A stretch of DNA of 64,000 bases from Patescibacteria group bacterium (GTDB taxonomy: Bacteria > Patescibacteriota > Patescibacteriia > JAHIZJ01), in the NCBI GenBank assembly GCA_041650335.1, contig JBAZLK010000001.1, forward strand, positions 100,940 through 164,939, given 5' to 3'. Shown piece after piece: positions 40,646 through 50,385 of this stretch. Position numbers and translations under genes: made by a program. The stretch's first letter is position 1; every line of letters begins with the position of its first letter. The notes beneath the pieces are model-generated. The model was not told where the DNA came from, did not search any database, and saw only the letters and a list, made by a program, of their open reading frames with translations.

Positions 40646-41938
40646 ATGGAAAACACCAGAATAAATCAGGTTAATACGAAGGTCGGGAAAACGGTTGTGA
40701 TCCGGGGCTGGGTTAATAATTTCCGTTCATCCGGAAGCATCGTTTTCCTCCAATGCCGCGATGGAAGCGGCCAGATTCAGGCCGTTGTCAGTAAGCAGTC
40801 GGTTTCGCCCGAAGCCTGGGAAATAAGCCAGAAAATGGCGTTGGAAAGCTCAGTTTGCCTGGTCGGCACGGTTCGTGAGGATAAACGCTCAGCCTCGGGA
40901 TATGAGCTCGAGGTCAGCGACCTTTCCGTTTATCAGCTGGCCGAAGAATACCCAATCGCCAAAAAGGAGCACGGACCGGAATTTCTCATGGACCACCGTC
41001 ATTTATGGCTGCGCTCAAGCCGGCAAACGGCCATCTTGCGCATCCGGGACGAGGTCGTCTGGCAATTACGCAAGTTTTTCCATGAGCAGGGTTTTGTCTT
41101 AACCGATTCTCCGGTGCTGACGCCGACCGCCTGTGAAGGCACGACCACGCTGTTTGAAACCAAATATTTCGAGACTAAAGCGTACTTGGCCCAATCCGGC
41201 CAGCTCTACAGCGAGGCGACCGCCGGCGCGCTTGGCCGGGTCTACGATTTCGGACCAACCTTCCGGGCCGAAAAATCGAAAACCCGTCGCCACCTGATGG
41301 AATTCTGGATGCTCGATGCCGAAGCGGCGTTTGTCGAGTTTGAGGAAAATTTGAAAATCCAAGAGGAAATGCTCAGTGCCGTGGTCCAGAACGTGCTCCG
41401 GGAACGGAAAGCCGAACTCGCCCTCTTAGAACGCGACACTGCTATTTTAGAAAAAACGAAACCGCCGTTTCCTCGCCTGACCTATGCCGAGGCCGTTAAG
41501 CGATTGCATCAAGCTGGCGTGGCGATGAAAGCAGGGGATGATTTTGGCGGCGACGAGGAAACGCTGTTATCAAAGCAGTTCGAGCAGCCCGTATTTATCA
41601 CGCACTACCCGACGAAGATCAAAGCGTTTTATATGAAACCCGATCCAGCGGATCCGAAACAGGTGCTGAACGACGATCTCTTGGCGCCGGAGGGGTACGG
41701 TGAGATTATCGGCGGCTCGCAAAGGATCGACGACCTGAAGCTGCTGGAACAGCGGTTGAAGGAACATAAACTGCCGCGGAAGGATTTTGAATGGTATCTC
41801 GATCTCCGACGCTACGGTTCGTTTCCGCATTCGGGCTTCGGTCTCGGCCTGGAACGAACGGTCCGCTGGATTTGCGGGCTTGACCACATCAGGGAAACAA
41901 TTCCGTTTCCGCGCCTCATTAATCGATTACGACCCTAA
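40646..41938 (+). CDS. asnS: Asparagine--tRNA ligase
   Basis: LAQSGQLY, FRAEKSKTRRHL, EIIGGSQR, GFGLGLER. Confidence 0.96.
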   Translation: MENTRINQVNTKVGKTVVIRGWVNNFRSSGSIVFLQCRDGSGQIQAVVSKQSVSPEAWEISQKMALESSVCLVGTVREDKRSASGYELEVSDLSVYQLAEEYPIAKKEHGPEFLMDHRHLWLRSSRQTAILRIRDEVVWQLRKFFHEQGFVLTDSPVLTPTACEGTTTLFETKYFETKAYLAQSGQLYSEATAGALGRVYDFGPTFRAEKSKTRRHLMEFWMLDAEAAFVEFEENLKIQEEMLSAVVQNVLRERKAELALLERDTAILEKTKPPFPRLTYAEAVKRLHQAGVAMKAGDDFGGDEETLLSKQFEQPVFITHYPTKIKAFYMKPDPADPKQVLNDDLLAPEGYGEIIGGSQRIDDLKLLEQRLKEHKLPRKDFEWYLDLRRYGSFPHSGFGLGLERTVRWICGLDHIRETIPFPRLINRLRP

Positions 41939-41947
41939 ACGATTACC

Positions 41948-43360
41948 ATGACACGCATCACCACAATCGAGACACTCGACCGCATCGGCGAAAAGGCGAC
42001 CGTAGCCGGCTGGGCTGAAACGGTTCGCAAACTCGGAAAAATTTTATTTATCGACCTGCGCGATAAAGACGGACACTTGCAAATCGTTTGCTCGCCGGAG
42101 CAAAGCGCGCTCTATGAAACAGCCAAGAGCATTCGGCCGGAATACGTCATCCGCGTCACCGGCCGGATCGCCAAGCGGTCTGAAAAGAACGTAAACAAAA
42201 AACAGCCAACCGGCGCGATTGAGCTGCAGCCTGAGCAGCTTGAAATATTGAACACCTCACTGACGCCGCCGTTTGAAATCGACAACGAAATCCGGCAGGC
42301 GTCGGAAGAGCTGCGCTTGAAATACCGCTATCTGGATCTGCGGCATGAACGCCTGCGCCATAATTTGCGAGTGCGTTCCGACCTGCTCTGGTTCGTTCGC
42401 AATTGGCTGCATGAGCGCGGCTTTACCGAAATTCAGACGCCGATCCTCTCAAAATCCACGCCGGAAGGGGCGCGCGATTTTCTCGTCCCGTCGCGGCTGC
42501 AAAAAGGGCGATTTTTCGCCCTGCCCCAATCGCCCCAGCAGTACAAGCAGCTTTTGATGGTCGCCGGCGTTGAAAAATATTTCCAGATCGCTCCCTGTTT
42601 CCGGGATGAAGACGCCCGTGCCGATCGCAGTCCGGGCGAGTTCTACCAGCTGGATATCGAGCTGTCGTTCGTCAACCAGGAAGAAATATTGCAGCTGACC
42701 GAGGAAATGTTCACCCAGATGGTGGCGAAGATATTTCCCGGCAAACATGTGACCACGACGCCGTGGCCACGCCTGCGCCACGCTGACGTGATGAAAAAAT
42801 ACGGGACGGACAAACCTGATCTTCGCCAGAACAAAGAGGACAACAACGAACTCGCCTTTGCCTGGGTGATTGATTTCCCGCTGTTTGCTAAACAGACAAA
42901 AGATGATTATTTCTACGGCGCCGGCGACAAACTCGCGCCCTCTCACCACATGTTTACGGCGCCAAGGGAAGAGGATATCCCGCTGCTCGAGACCGCGCCC
43001 GAAAAAGTCCGTGCGTATCAGCACGACCTGGTTCTCAACGGGGTCGAGGTCGGCGGGGGCAGTATCAGGATTCACCGGCCGGAGATTCAAGAAAAAGTGT
43101 TCGACCTGATCGGCTTTACCAAAGACCAGAAGAAATTATTCAAACACCTGATGACCGCGTTTCAATACGGCGTGCCGCCGCACGGCGGGATCGCCCCCGG
43201 TATTGAGCGCTTGCTCTTCGCGATTTTGGGCGAGAAAAGCGTTAAAGAGGTGGCTGCATTTCCACTGACGAGCGAGGGACGCGACCCAATGATGGACTCT
43301 CCGTCGCGGGTTACGCCGGCACAGCTCCGCGATCTCGGCCTGCGGCTTGATAAAAACTAA
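41948..43360 (+). CDS. aspS: Aspartate--tRNA ligase (bacterial type, GAD domain missing)
   Basis: TPEGARDF, LPQSPQQYKQ, YGTDKPDLR, PPHGG. Confidence 0.95.
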   Translation: MTRITTIETLDRIGEKATVAGWAETVRKLGKILFIDLRDKDGHLQIVCSPEQSALYETAKSIRPEYVIRVTGRIAKRSEKNVNKKQPTGAIELQPEQLEILNTSLTPPFEIDNEIRQASEELRLKYRYLDLRHERLRHNLRVRSDLLWFVRNWLHERGFTEIQTPILSKSTPEGARDFLVPSRLQKGRFFALPQSPQQYKQLLMVAGVEKYFQIAPCFRDEDARADRSPGEFYQLDIELSFVNQEEILQLTEEMFTQMVAKIFPGKHVTTTPWPRLRHADVMKKYGTDKPDLRQNKEDNNELAFAWVIDFPLFAKQTKDDYFYGAGDKLAPSHHMFTAPREEDIPLLETAPEKVRAYQHDLVLNGVEVGGGSIRIHRPEIQEKVFDLIGFTKDQKKLFKHLMTAFQYGVPPHGGIAPGIERLLFAILGEKSVKEVAAFPLTSEGRDPMMDSPSRVTPAQLRDLGLRLDKN

Positions 43361-43361
43361 T

Positions 43362-43685
43362 ATGCGCCTGTCACCGCTCCAAAAATATATTTTGCTCGAA
43401 GTCTACACCAGCCGAGTGCAGCTTTTTCCGCGGTCGGTGATTACGAAATACTATTTTTCTCAGACCCGACCGCCGAAACTTGAGGATATGCAAAACATCG
43501 TGACGAAGAGCCTCGAACGCTTGATCGATAAAGAGCTGCTGACCGGCTACGGCCATCGAACGCCGCATAAATGGTTTATCAGCGAGGTGAAGCTCACGCC
43601 TTTGGGTCGCCGAACGGCCAAGCGGCTCCAAGGCGAACAGCAGACCCTGCCGTTACGGCTCGGGAAAAGAAAGGCTAACCATTAA
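43362..43685 (+). CDS. Hypothetical winged-helix protein
   Basis: LSPLQKYIL...TKSLERLIDKELL...LTPLG wHTH pattern. Confidence 0.7.
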   Translation: MRLSPLQKYILLEVYTSRVQLFPRSVITKYYFSQTRPPKLEDMQNIVTKSLERLIDKELLTGYGHRTPHKWFISEVKLTPLGRRTAKRLQGEQQTLPLRLGKRKANH

Positions 43686-43697
43686 ATATCGAAAACC

Positions 43698-44168
43698 ATG
43701 AAACCACCGCAAAAAGTGCTGTCTTACCTAGACAAAAATAAAATGAAATACACACTGGTCGAACATAAAACCGTCTACACGGCCTATGATGTCGCCCAAA
43801 CCTTGAAAATGAAGCTTCAGGAAATCGTTAAAACGCTGCTCGTCAAGGTTGACGGAAAGCTTGCCCTGGCCGTTCTGCCGGCCTCAGCCCGGCTGGATCT
43901 GAAAAAGCTGAAAGTTTTGGCGAAAGCGAAAAAAGTCGAATTGCCCAAAGAAAACGTCATGAAAACCAAGCTCAGCATCATTCCAGGCGCGCTCACCCCG
44001 TTCGGCCCGTTGTATAAACTCCCCGCGTATCTCGATAAAAACCTGCTCAAACAGAAAGCCGTACTGGTCGGTTCGGGCAGCTTCGAGTTCTCACTGAAAA
44101 TGAGCCCGAGCGTCTTAGTGAAGGCGACGCAACCAATTACTGGCGCTTTTTCGGCGAAGAAAAAATAA
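43698..44168 (+). CDS. YbaK/EbsC aminoacyl-tRNA editing family protein
   Basis: IVKTLL, GALTPFG, GSG motifs. Confidence 0.88.
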   Translation: MKPPQKVLSYLDKNKMKYTLVEHKTVYTAYDVAQTLKMKLQEIVKTLLVKVDGKLALAVLPASARLDLKKLKVLAKAKKVELPKENVMKTKLSIIPGALTPFGPLYKLPAYLDKNLLKQKAVLVGSGSFEFSLKMSPSVLVKATQPITGAFSAKKK

Positions 44169-44185
44169 TTTCGTCTATCGTCCGC

Positions 44186-44896
44186 ATGTATCAGATCAAG
44201 CTAGAGCAATTTGAAGGTCCGCTCGACCTCCTCCTCAGACTGATTGAGGAGGAGAAGCTTGATATAACGACCGTTTCACTCGCGAAAGTCACTGATCAGT
44301 ATCTGTCGTATATCGAGACCATGGAAGAGGTGCGGACAGAGGAGTTGGCGGATTTCTTGGTCGTGGCGGCCAAACTCCTGCTGATCAAGTCAAAAACGCT
44401 TTTGCCGTTCCTCCAGCCTGAGGCGGAAGAAATCGATCTGGAAAAGCAACTCCGGATCTATAAAGAGTATCTCGAGGCGTCAAAGCAGGTCCAGGCGTTG
44501 ATTCGGCGGAAGCGCTACCTTTACCCGCGGGAGATGAGCCGGTCGATGCTGGAGCCGATTTTTAATCCGCCACCGCAGCTCGACGCGCCCGGACTGCAGC
44601 GCATCATGCTCGAGGTCCTGCGAAAGATCGAGCCGATCGTCAGCTTGCCGGAAGAGGTAATTGAACGGACCGTATCGATTCAACAAAAAATTGATCAGAT
44701 CCGGACACTCATCATTCAGCAAGAGACGACCAGCTTCCAGGCGCTGCTCAATACCGCCGGTACAAAAACCGAAGTGATTGTTACGTTCTTAGCGCTCCTC
44801 GAGCTTATCAAACAGGAGAATATTGTTGTTGTTCAACAGAGCGTTTTTGACGATATTACAATTAAGACATACGAAACGAATGTCATTGAAGAATAA
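44186..44896 (+). CDS. scpA: Segregation/condensation protein A
   Basis: FEGPLDLLL, FLALLEL. Confidence 0.96.
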   Translation: MYQIKLEQFEGPLDLLLRLIEEEKLDITTVSLAKVTDQYLSYIETMEEVRTEELADFLVVAAKLLLIKSKTLLPFLQPEAEEIDLEKQLRIYKEYLEASKQVQALIRRKRYLYPREMSRSMLEPIFNPPPQLDAPGLQRIMLEVLRKIEPIVSLPEEVIERTVSIQQKIDQIRTLIIQQETTSFQALLNTAGTKTEVIVTFLALLELIKQENIVVVQQSVFDDITIKTYETNVIEE

Positions 44897-45434
44897 AATC
44901 GAGAGCCTTCTCTTTGTGGCAACAAAACCACTGGCGCCGAAGAAACTCGTCGAGCTGACGGGTGGGACCGAAGAAGATGTCCAAAACGCTTTGGCTGAAA
45001 TCCGTGGGCAATATAACGCCCAGGCGCAAGGCATTCAGTTGGTCAGCCACAATGGCAAGGTTCAGCTGATGACGAATCCGGAAAACAGGAAAATCGTCGA
45101 AGCCTATTTGAAAGAGGAGCAGTTTAGCGAATTAACCAAGCCCGGTCTCGAAACGCTGACTATCATTGCCTATCGCGGGCCGATCACCAAGCCAGAGCTG
45201 GAGCAGATTCGGGGCGTGAATTGCAGCTTGATCCTGAGAAACCTGATGATAAAAGGCCTGGTCGAGGCGCAGGATGATCAGGAAAAAATGCAAACTAACT
45301 ATGCGGTCACGTTTGATTTTATCCGGTATCTCGGCCTGCGCGAAATCTCCGAGCTGCCTGAGTATGAAAAGCTGTCACGGCACGAAAACATCGAAAAGAT
45401 ATTAGCTTTAACAAATCAACCGAGCGAAGAATAA
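44880..45434 (+). CDS. scpB: Segregation/condensation protein B
   Basis: IESLLF, LETLTIIAY, IRGVN, ELP. Confidence 0.96.
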   Translation: MSLKNKIESLLFVATKPLAPKKLVELTGGTEEDVQNALAEIRGQYNAQAQGIQLVSHNGKVQLMTNPENRKIVEAYLKEEQFSELTKPGLETLTIIAYRGPITKPELEQIRGVNCSLILRNLMIKGLVEAQDDQEKMQTNYAVTFDFIRYLGLREISELPEYEKLSRHENIEKILALTNQPSEE

Positions 45435-46367
45435 ATGCTGCCCTCGCTATTGATCAGCGCGTTTATCATCACCCAGGTCGTGCCACCCGCTTTTTTAATA
45501 AAGCCGTTGACGTTAGATTTCGCGAATGCCGACCAGCCGACGATCGCGATTGCCGAAGAATACCCCTCGCATATTTATCCTGGCAAAAAACCGCAGAAAA
45601 TTTCTCCCAGCCTCGGCATTGATACGACCGGCGCCTCAGCGGTGGTATTTGATCCGATCGGCGGCCAGCAGCTTTTTCGTAAGAACCCAAACACGGTCCG
45701 ATCCATTGCCAGCCTGACAAAGCTGATGACCGTGCTCGTGTTTCTCGATCACAATCCGGGTTTCGGCCAAGAGGTCGAGATCACCGAAGCAGATCAAATC
45801 GCTGAAGGCAGTATTGGCTTGGAGGTAGGGGATAAAGTGATCGTCCGCGATCTTTTTTACGCCAGCCTAGTGAATTCAGCTAACAACGCCACCCAAGCCT
45901 TAGCTCGATCGACCGGGATGTCACGGGAGGTTTTCGTCGCGGCCATGAACCAGCGAGCCAAAGACATGGGCTTGAGCAACACCCATTTTGTCGACGTTAC
46001 CGGGCTTGATCCCGGAAATGTCTCGACTGCCAGCGAGGTCGCTCGCATGGCTGATTTTGCTTTTCGGAACGCTGAAATTTCGCAGGCGACCACGCTGCCG
46101 AATCATGAATTCACGACCTTGAACACTAATCGCACGATCCGTTTTAATAATACGAACAAACTGCTTGAATCATTCCTTCATCTGTCCGGCGGCAAAACCG
46201 GGTATACCGAAGAAGCAGGGTATTGTCTGGCGATCCGGACGGATGACGGACAAGGGCACGATATTGTTGTAGTTGATCTCGGCACCGCCGGTCCGGATGA
46301 ACGTTTTCAGGAAGTGAAGGGGTTGATCAGCTGGACGTTTGAGAATTGGCGCTGGCCAGCGGATTAA
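45435..46367 (+). CDS. Peptidase S11 D-Ala-D-Ala carboxy/endopeptidase
   Basis: SLTK (SxxK), SAN (SxN) and KTG motifs. Confidence 0.93.
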   Translation: MLPSLLISAFIITQVVPPAFLIKPLTLDFANADQPTIAIAEEYPSHIYPGKKPQKISPSLGIDTTGASAVVFDPIGGQQLFRKNPNTVRSIASLTKLMTVLVFLDHNPGFGQEVEITEADQIAEGSIGLEVGDKVIVRDLFYASLVNSANNATQALARSTGMSREVFVAAMNQRAKDMGLSNTHFVDVTGLDPGNVSTASEVARMADFAFRNAEISQATTLPNHEFTTLNTNRTIRFNNTNKLLESFLHLSGGKTGYTEEAGYCLAIRTDDGQGHDIVVVDLGTAGPDERFQEVKGLISWTFENWRWPAD

Positions 46368-46409
46368 TAAGATCATCAAAATATGGTATTGTTGAAGGGA
46401 AGAAAAGCC

Positions 46410-47174
46410 ATGAAGACAAAACCGCTTATCGTTGCAAATTGGAAGATGAACCTCTTGCCAAGCCAGGAGGCAGATTTGGCGAAGAAATATGCCCAAGCAT
46501 TCGCACGACTGGCGAAAAAGGTTGAAATTATCATCTGTCCAACCCATACGGGTTTAGCGGGCGTCGCTGAACAGCTGCGCGGCTCTGCGCTGGTATTAGG
46601 TGCCCAGGACGTATCAGGGGAGATGGTCGGCGCCTTCACCGGCGAAGTCTCGGCTGCCATGCTGAAAGAACTTGGGGTAACCCACTGCATTGTCGGGCAC
46701 TCGGAACGACGCCAGCGCGTCCATGAAACCGATGAAATGGTCAACGCAAAAACGCGGGCCGTGTTGGTCGAGGGGATGATACCGATTGTCTGTGTCGGTG
46801 AATCATATGAGGAGCGGCTAAACGGCCAGAAAGAAGTCATGGTTCTACAACGGCTGACTGCAGCCATGAAAAACGTATCCGGGGAGCGGCCGGTTGTCAT
46901 TACCTACGAGCCGATCTGGGCGATCAGTCCGGGCGGGCCAGCCTCGCCGGCTGAAGTTGAGCCGATGGTCTCGCTCATCCGGCAAACCCTGCGCGATTTG
47001 TTTCCCGCTGAACTCGTTGAGAAAAACTTCCGGATTATTTATGGCGGGAGCGTTGAGGGCGACAATGTCAAGGATTTCCTCGGCCTGGATCATGTCGAAG
47101 GCGCGCTGGTCGGCGCGGCCAGCCTCCTGACCGCTCGATTTACAAAAATCATCCAATCAGCCTCTAAATTATAA
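46410..47174 (+). CDS. tpiA: Triosephosphate isomerase
   Basis: NWKMN, GHSERR, YEPIWAI, YGGSV. Confidence 0.97.
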   Translation: MKTKPLIVANWKMNLLPSQEADLAKKYAQAFARLAKKVEIIICPTHTGLAGVAEQLRGSALVLGAQDVSGEMVGAFTGEVSAAMLKELGVTHCIVGHSERRQRVHETDEMVNAKTRAVLVEGMIPIVCVGESYEERLNGQKEVMVLQRLTAAMKNVSGERPVVITYEPIWAISPGGPASPAEVEPMVSLIRQTLRDLFPAELVEKNFRIIYGGSVEGDNVKDFLGLDHVEGALVGAASLLTARFTKIIQSASKL

Positions 47175-47177
47175 GCC

Positions 47178-48032
47178 ATGCTCGTCAAAACAAGTTATCT
47201 TATTCAGAAGGCTCAGAAAGAGGGATATGCCGTCGGGTGCTTTGTTGTCTATAATCTCGAAACAGCGCTGGGCGTCGCCCTGGCCGCGGTCGAATCGCGG
47301 TCGCCGGTGATCATCGCCGTATCCGAATTCACCATTTCATTTCTCGGTCTCGAGACGATCAGCCAGGTAATCATGAGTCTGGCCAAGCATCAGGCGGTGA
47401 GTGTGCCGATCGCGCTGCATCTCGATCATGGCCGCAGTTATGAGTCGGCCAAGGCCTGTCTGGACGAAGGTTTTTCTTCGGTCCAGATTGACGGTTCGCA
47501 CCTGCCGTTCGAGGAAAACATTGCGCTGACGCAGAGAGTTGTTGAATACGGCCACCTGAAAAAAGTCTGGGTTGAGGGAGAGCTCGGGGCGATCTACGGG
47601 GGCCACGGCCAAACCGGTGAGTACAAAGGCGAAATCCCCTTGGTCAAGCCAAGCGAAGTGAGCGAATTTGTTGAGCAAACGAACGTCGACTTGCTGGCCG
47701 CTGCTCTCGGGACAGTCCATGGAAAGTTTTCGAACGAACGGATCCACTTTGACCTGCTGACACAATTACAGAAAATTACTAAAACGCCGCTGGTGCTACA
47801 CGGTGCTTCCGGCCTGCCCGACGAAGAAATCACGCGAGCCGTCAAGGCGGGTATTGCGAAAGTAAACATCGGCACTGAGACGAAAAGACTGTTTATCGAT
47901 TCGATACGCGAGACGCTTCAGAAAAATCCCAGTTTAGAGGGTCCGCGTGAACTCATGAAACCGACGATCGAAGCGACAAAAAACATGGTCATGCAAAAAT
48001 TCCGGGTGCTCGGCTCAGCTAACAAAATCTAA
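47178..48032 (+). CDS. fba: Fructose-bisphosphate aldolase class II
   Basis: LHLDHG, GTVHG, LHGASG, KVNIGT. Confidence 0.93.
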   Translation: MLVKTSYLIQKAQKEGYAVGCFVVYNLETALGVALAAVESRSPVIIAVSEFTISFLGLETISQVIMSLAKHQAVSVPIALHLDHGRSYESAKACLDEGFSSVQIDGSHLPFEENIALTQRVVEYGHLKKVWVEGELGAIYGGHGQTGEYKGEIPLVKPSEVSEFVEQTNVDLLAAALGTVHGKFSNERIHFDLLTQLQKITKTPLVLHGASGLPDEEITRAVKAGIAKVNIGTETKRLFIDSIRETLQKNPSLEGPRELMKPTIEATKNMVMQKFRVLGSANKI

Positions 48033-48038
48033 CAAACA

Positions 48039-48548
48039 ATGAAGAAGATCGGCGGGTTTACACTAATAGAGCTCCTCGTCGTTATCGCGATTATTGGTTT
48101 GATTTCGAGTATGTCATTGATTGTCCTCCGGGGTAAAGTAATGGCGGCGCGTGATGCAAAACGACGAGCGGATATGGCAACACTCCAGACTGCGCTAGAG
48201 TTGTATTATATGGATCATCAGTATTATCCGGGAAACAACGGTTGCTCCCAGCTTCCCAGCGGGCATTGGGTTTGCATTGTGGACAGCGCCGCTGAAGACG
48301 GATGGTTTGTGCCAAATCTTTCTGCATACATGACTCCGACGCCGCCGCAAGATCCTGGCCATCACAAAAATCCCGACTGGAACATGTATGGCTACGCGCC
48401 GAACCTATTCATAAATGGCAGGAGCCACGCCTACGTCATCTTTTTCAATCTTGAAGGCAGCCCACAAGAAGACCTATGTAATATCGGAAATTTCAAGCTA
48501 ACCGGGGACATGGAGCCGACCGTCTGGTCAACGCGCTGTTCTAACTAA
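48039..48548 (+). CDS. Type IV pilin
   Basis: GG|FTLIELL, ARDAKRRAD, C-terminal Cys pair. Confidence 0.9.
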   Translation: MKKIGGFTLIELLVVIAIIGLISSMSLIVLRGKVMAARDAKRRADMATLQTALELYYMDHQYYPGNNGCSQLPSGHWVCIVDSAAEDGWFVPNLSAYMTPTPPQDPGHHKNPDWNMYGYAPNLFINGRSHAYVIFFNLEGSPQEDLCNIGNFKLTGDMEPTVWSTRCSN

Positions 48549-49087
48549 TGTATATGAGGTGGAATCTAAATAACAAAGGGTTTACCCTAATCGAATTACT
48601 GGCTGTGATTGCAATCATCGGTCTTATCTCGACGATGACTTTGGTAGTTCTTCGGGGCAAAGTTTTAGCCGCGCGCGATGCCAAACGACGGGCTGATATT
48701 GCCACCCTCCAGACGGCTATTGCCGTTTTCCATTTTGACAGAGATATTTATCCTCCGCCGACTATCCAGGGTGGGCCGGACGATTGTACGCTAAACTTTA
48801 TAAATAATCACAACTTGTTTTTATGCGCAGTTAATGAAGAGTCGTGGTTTGTTCCAAATCTGTCAAATTATATGACGCCCTCGCCGCCAGAAGACCCCGG
48901 ACATCATGTCCGTCCCAGCTACGACGGTTATCGGTATATTCCCGATGCCTATGATCAAAATGGCAAATACCATGGCTATGTCGTATTTTTCATGCTTGAG
49001 CAGGAGCCTCAAGAAGATCGATGCAATATGGGTCCGATGAACTTCGGGGATGGCGCCGCAGTGTGGTCAACACGCTGTCCAGATTAG
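48548..49087 (+). CDS. Type IV pilin (paralog of preceding gene)
   Basis: KG|FTLIELL, ARDAKRRAD, shared WFVPNLS...DPGHH...VWSTRC. Confidence 0.9.
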   Translation: MYMRWNLNNKGFTLIELLAVIAIIGLISTMTLVVLRGKVLAARDAKRRADIATLQTAIAVFHFDRDIYPPPTIQGGPDDCTLNFINNHNLFLCAVNEESWFVPNLSNYMTPSPPEDPGHHVRPSYDGYRYIPDAYDQNGKYHGYVVFFMLEQEPQEDRCNMGPMNFGDGAAVWSTRCPD

Positions 49088-49118
49088 CCATCATGAATAA
49101 TTATTTATATCAATATAC

Positions 49119-50147
49119 ATGAAAAACGCGAACAAAATCCGGGTGGCCATCAACGGTTTCGGCCGGATCGGACGGACAACATTTAAACACTTACTTGATA
49201 AAGCCAGCGTTGAGGTGGTGGCGATCAACGACCTGACTGACCCGGCTACCCTGGCCCATCTATTGGCCCACGACACCAGTTATCGGCAATATAAACGCAC
49301 GGTCAAAGGACGCAAAGACGCGCTCGTGGTCGACGGGAAAGCCTATAAGGTTCTGGCGGTGAAAGAACCGAACAAGCTTCCCTGGAAAAAACTCCGCGTC
49401 GATGTTGTGCTTGAATGCACCGGTCGTTTTACGACCAAGGCAGAAGCCGGGCTTCATCTCAAAGCCGGCGCCAAGCAAGTGATCATTTCTGCGCCGGCCA
49501 AGGGCGGAGGCGTGCCGACCCTACTGCTGGGCGTAAATGCAAACACGTATAAGGGTGAGCCGGTCATTAACATGGGCTCGTGCACGACCAATTGCATCGC
49601 GCCGGTCGTTCAGATCATCCACGAGAAATTCGGCGTCAAGAAATCGATGATGACCACCGTCCATTCGTATACGGCCGACCAAAATCTGCAAGACGGTCCG
49701 CATAAGGATCTCCGACGGGCGCGCGGGGCAGCCGAGAATATCGTGCCGACCACGACCGGGGCGGCCATCGCCGTCACCGAGGCAATTCCTGAATTGAAAA
49801 ATCGGTTTGACGGTCTGTCAATCCGGGTCCCAACACCGGTGGTGTCGGTGTCCGATTTCACGATTCTGCTCAAACGCAAAGCCACGGCTGAGGAAATCAA
49901 CCGAGCGCTGATCCGGGCAGCCGGCAGCCCCCGCTACAAAGACATTCTCGGCGTTTCGTCAGAACCGTTGGTATCATCGGACTATATCGGTAATGAATTT
50001 TCAGGCATTGTTGATTTGGCGCTCACCAAAGTCATTGACGGCGATCTGGCGAAGGTAATTGCTTGGTATGACAACGAGTGGGCCTATTCATTGCGCTTAG
50101 CCGAGATGTCGGTCTATATTGGCAAAAAGATAAAAGCCAGAAAATAA
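49119..50147 (+). CDS. gap: Glyceraldehyde-3-phosphate dehydrogenase type I
   Basis: INGFGRIGR, SCTTNC, WYDNE. Confidence 0.98.
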   Translation: MKNANKIRVAINGFGRIGRTTFKHLLDKASVEVVAINDLTDPATLAHLLAHDTSYRQYKRTVKGRKDALVVDGKAYKVLAVKEPNKLPWKKLRVDVVLECTGRFTTKAEAGLHLKAGAKQVIISAPAKGGGVPTLLLGVNANTYKGEPVINMGSCTTNCIAPVVQIIHEKFGVKKSMMTTVHSYTADQNLQDGPHKDLRRARGAAENIVPTTTGAAIAVTEAIPELKNRFDGLSIRVPTPVVSVSDFTILLKRKATAEEINRALIRAAGSPRYKDILGVSSEPLVSSDYIGNEFSGIVDLALTKVIDGDLAKVIAWYDNEWAYSLRLAEMSVYIGKKIKARK

Positions 50148-50162
50148 ACGATACAGTCGAAT

Positions 50163-50200
50163 AACCGTAGGTTGGCAGGACAATCGCCGTCTACGGTTTT
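50163..50200 (+). terminator. Intrinsic terminator after gap
   Basis: ACCGTAG...CTACGGT stem followed by TTT. Confidence 0.55.
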
Positions 50201-50253
50201 CGATTGACGTATTCAGTTATTTTTCGTACACTTTTAACGTTATATATAAATGC

Positions 50254-50288
50254 GCCGCTATCGTCTAGTGGCTAGGACGCCAGGTTCT
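50254..50288 (+). pseudogene. 5' half of a second tRNA-Glu, truncated in the anticodon loop
   Basis: GCCGCTATCGTCTAGTGGCTAGGACGCCAGGTTCT shares the D-arm with the adjacent tRNA but has different acceptor and anticodon stem strands. Confidence 0.65.
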
Positions 50289-50295
50289 TCCTCGT

Positions 50296-50370
50296 GGCCC
50301 CATCGTCTAGTGGCTAGGACGCATGGTTCTCATCCATGTAACAGGGGTTCGACTCCCCTTGGGGCTACCA
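50296..50370 (+). tRNA. tRNA-Glu(CTC)
   Basis: GGCCCCA...TGGGGCT-ACCA, CATGG-TTCTCAT-CCATG. Confidence 0.95.
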
Positions 50371-50385
50371 GCCGTTTAAATTTAT

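Noticed and set aside
48039-49087. Diversity-generating retroelement TR/VR pair in the tandem pilins
   Set aside because: Differences are spread over synonymous sites rather than adenine-specific, and there is no reverse transcriptase in the window
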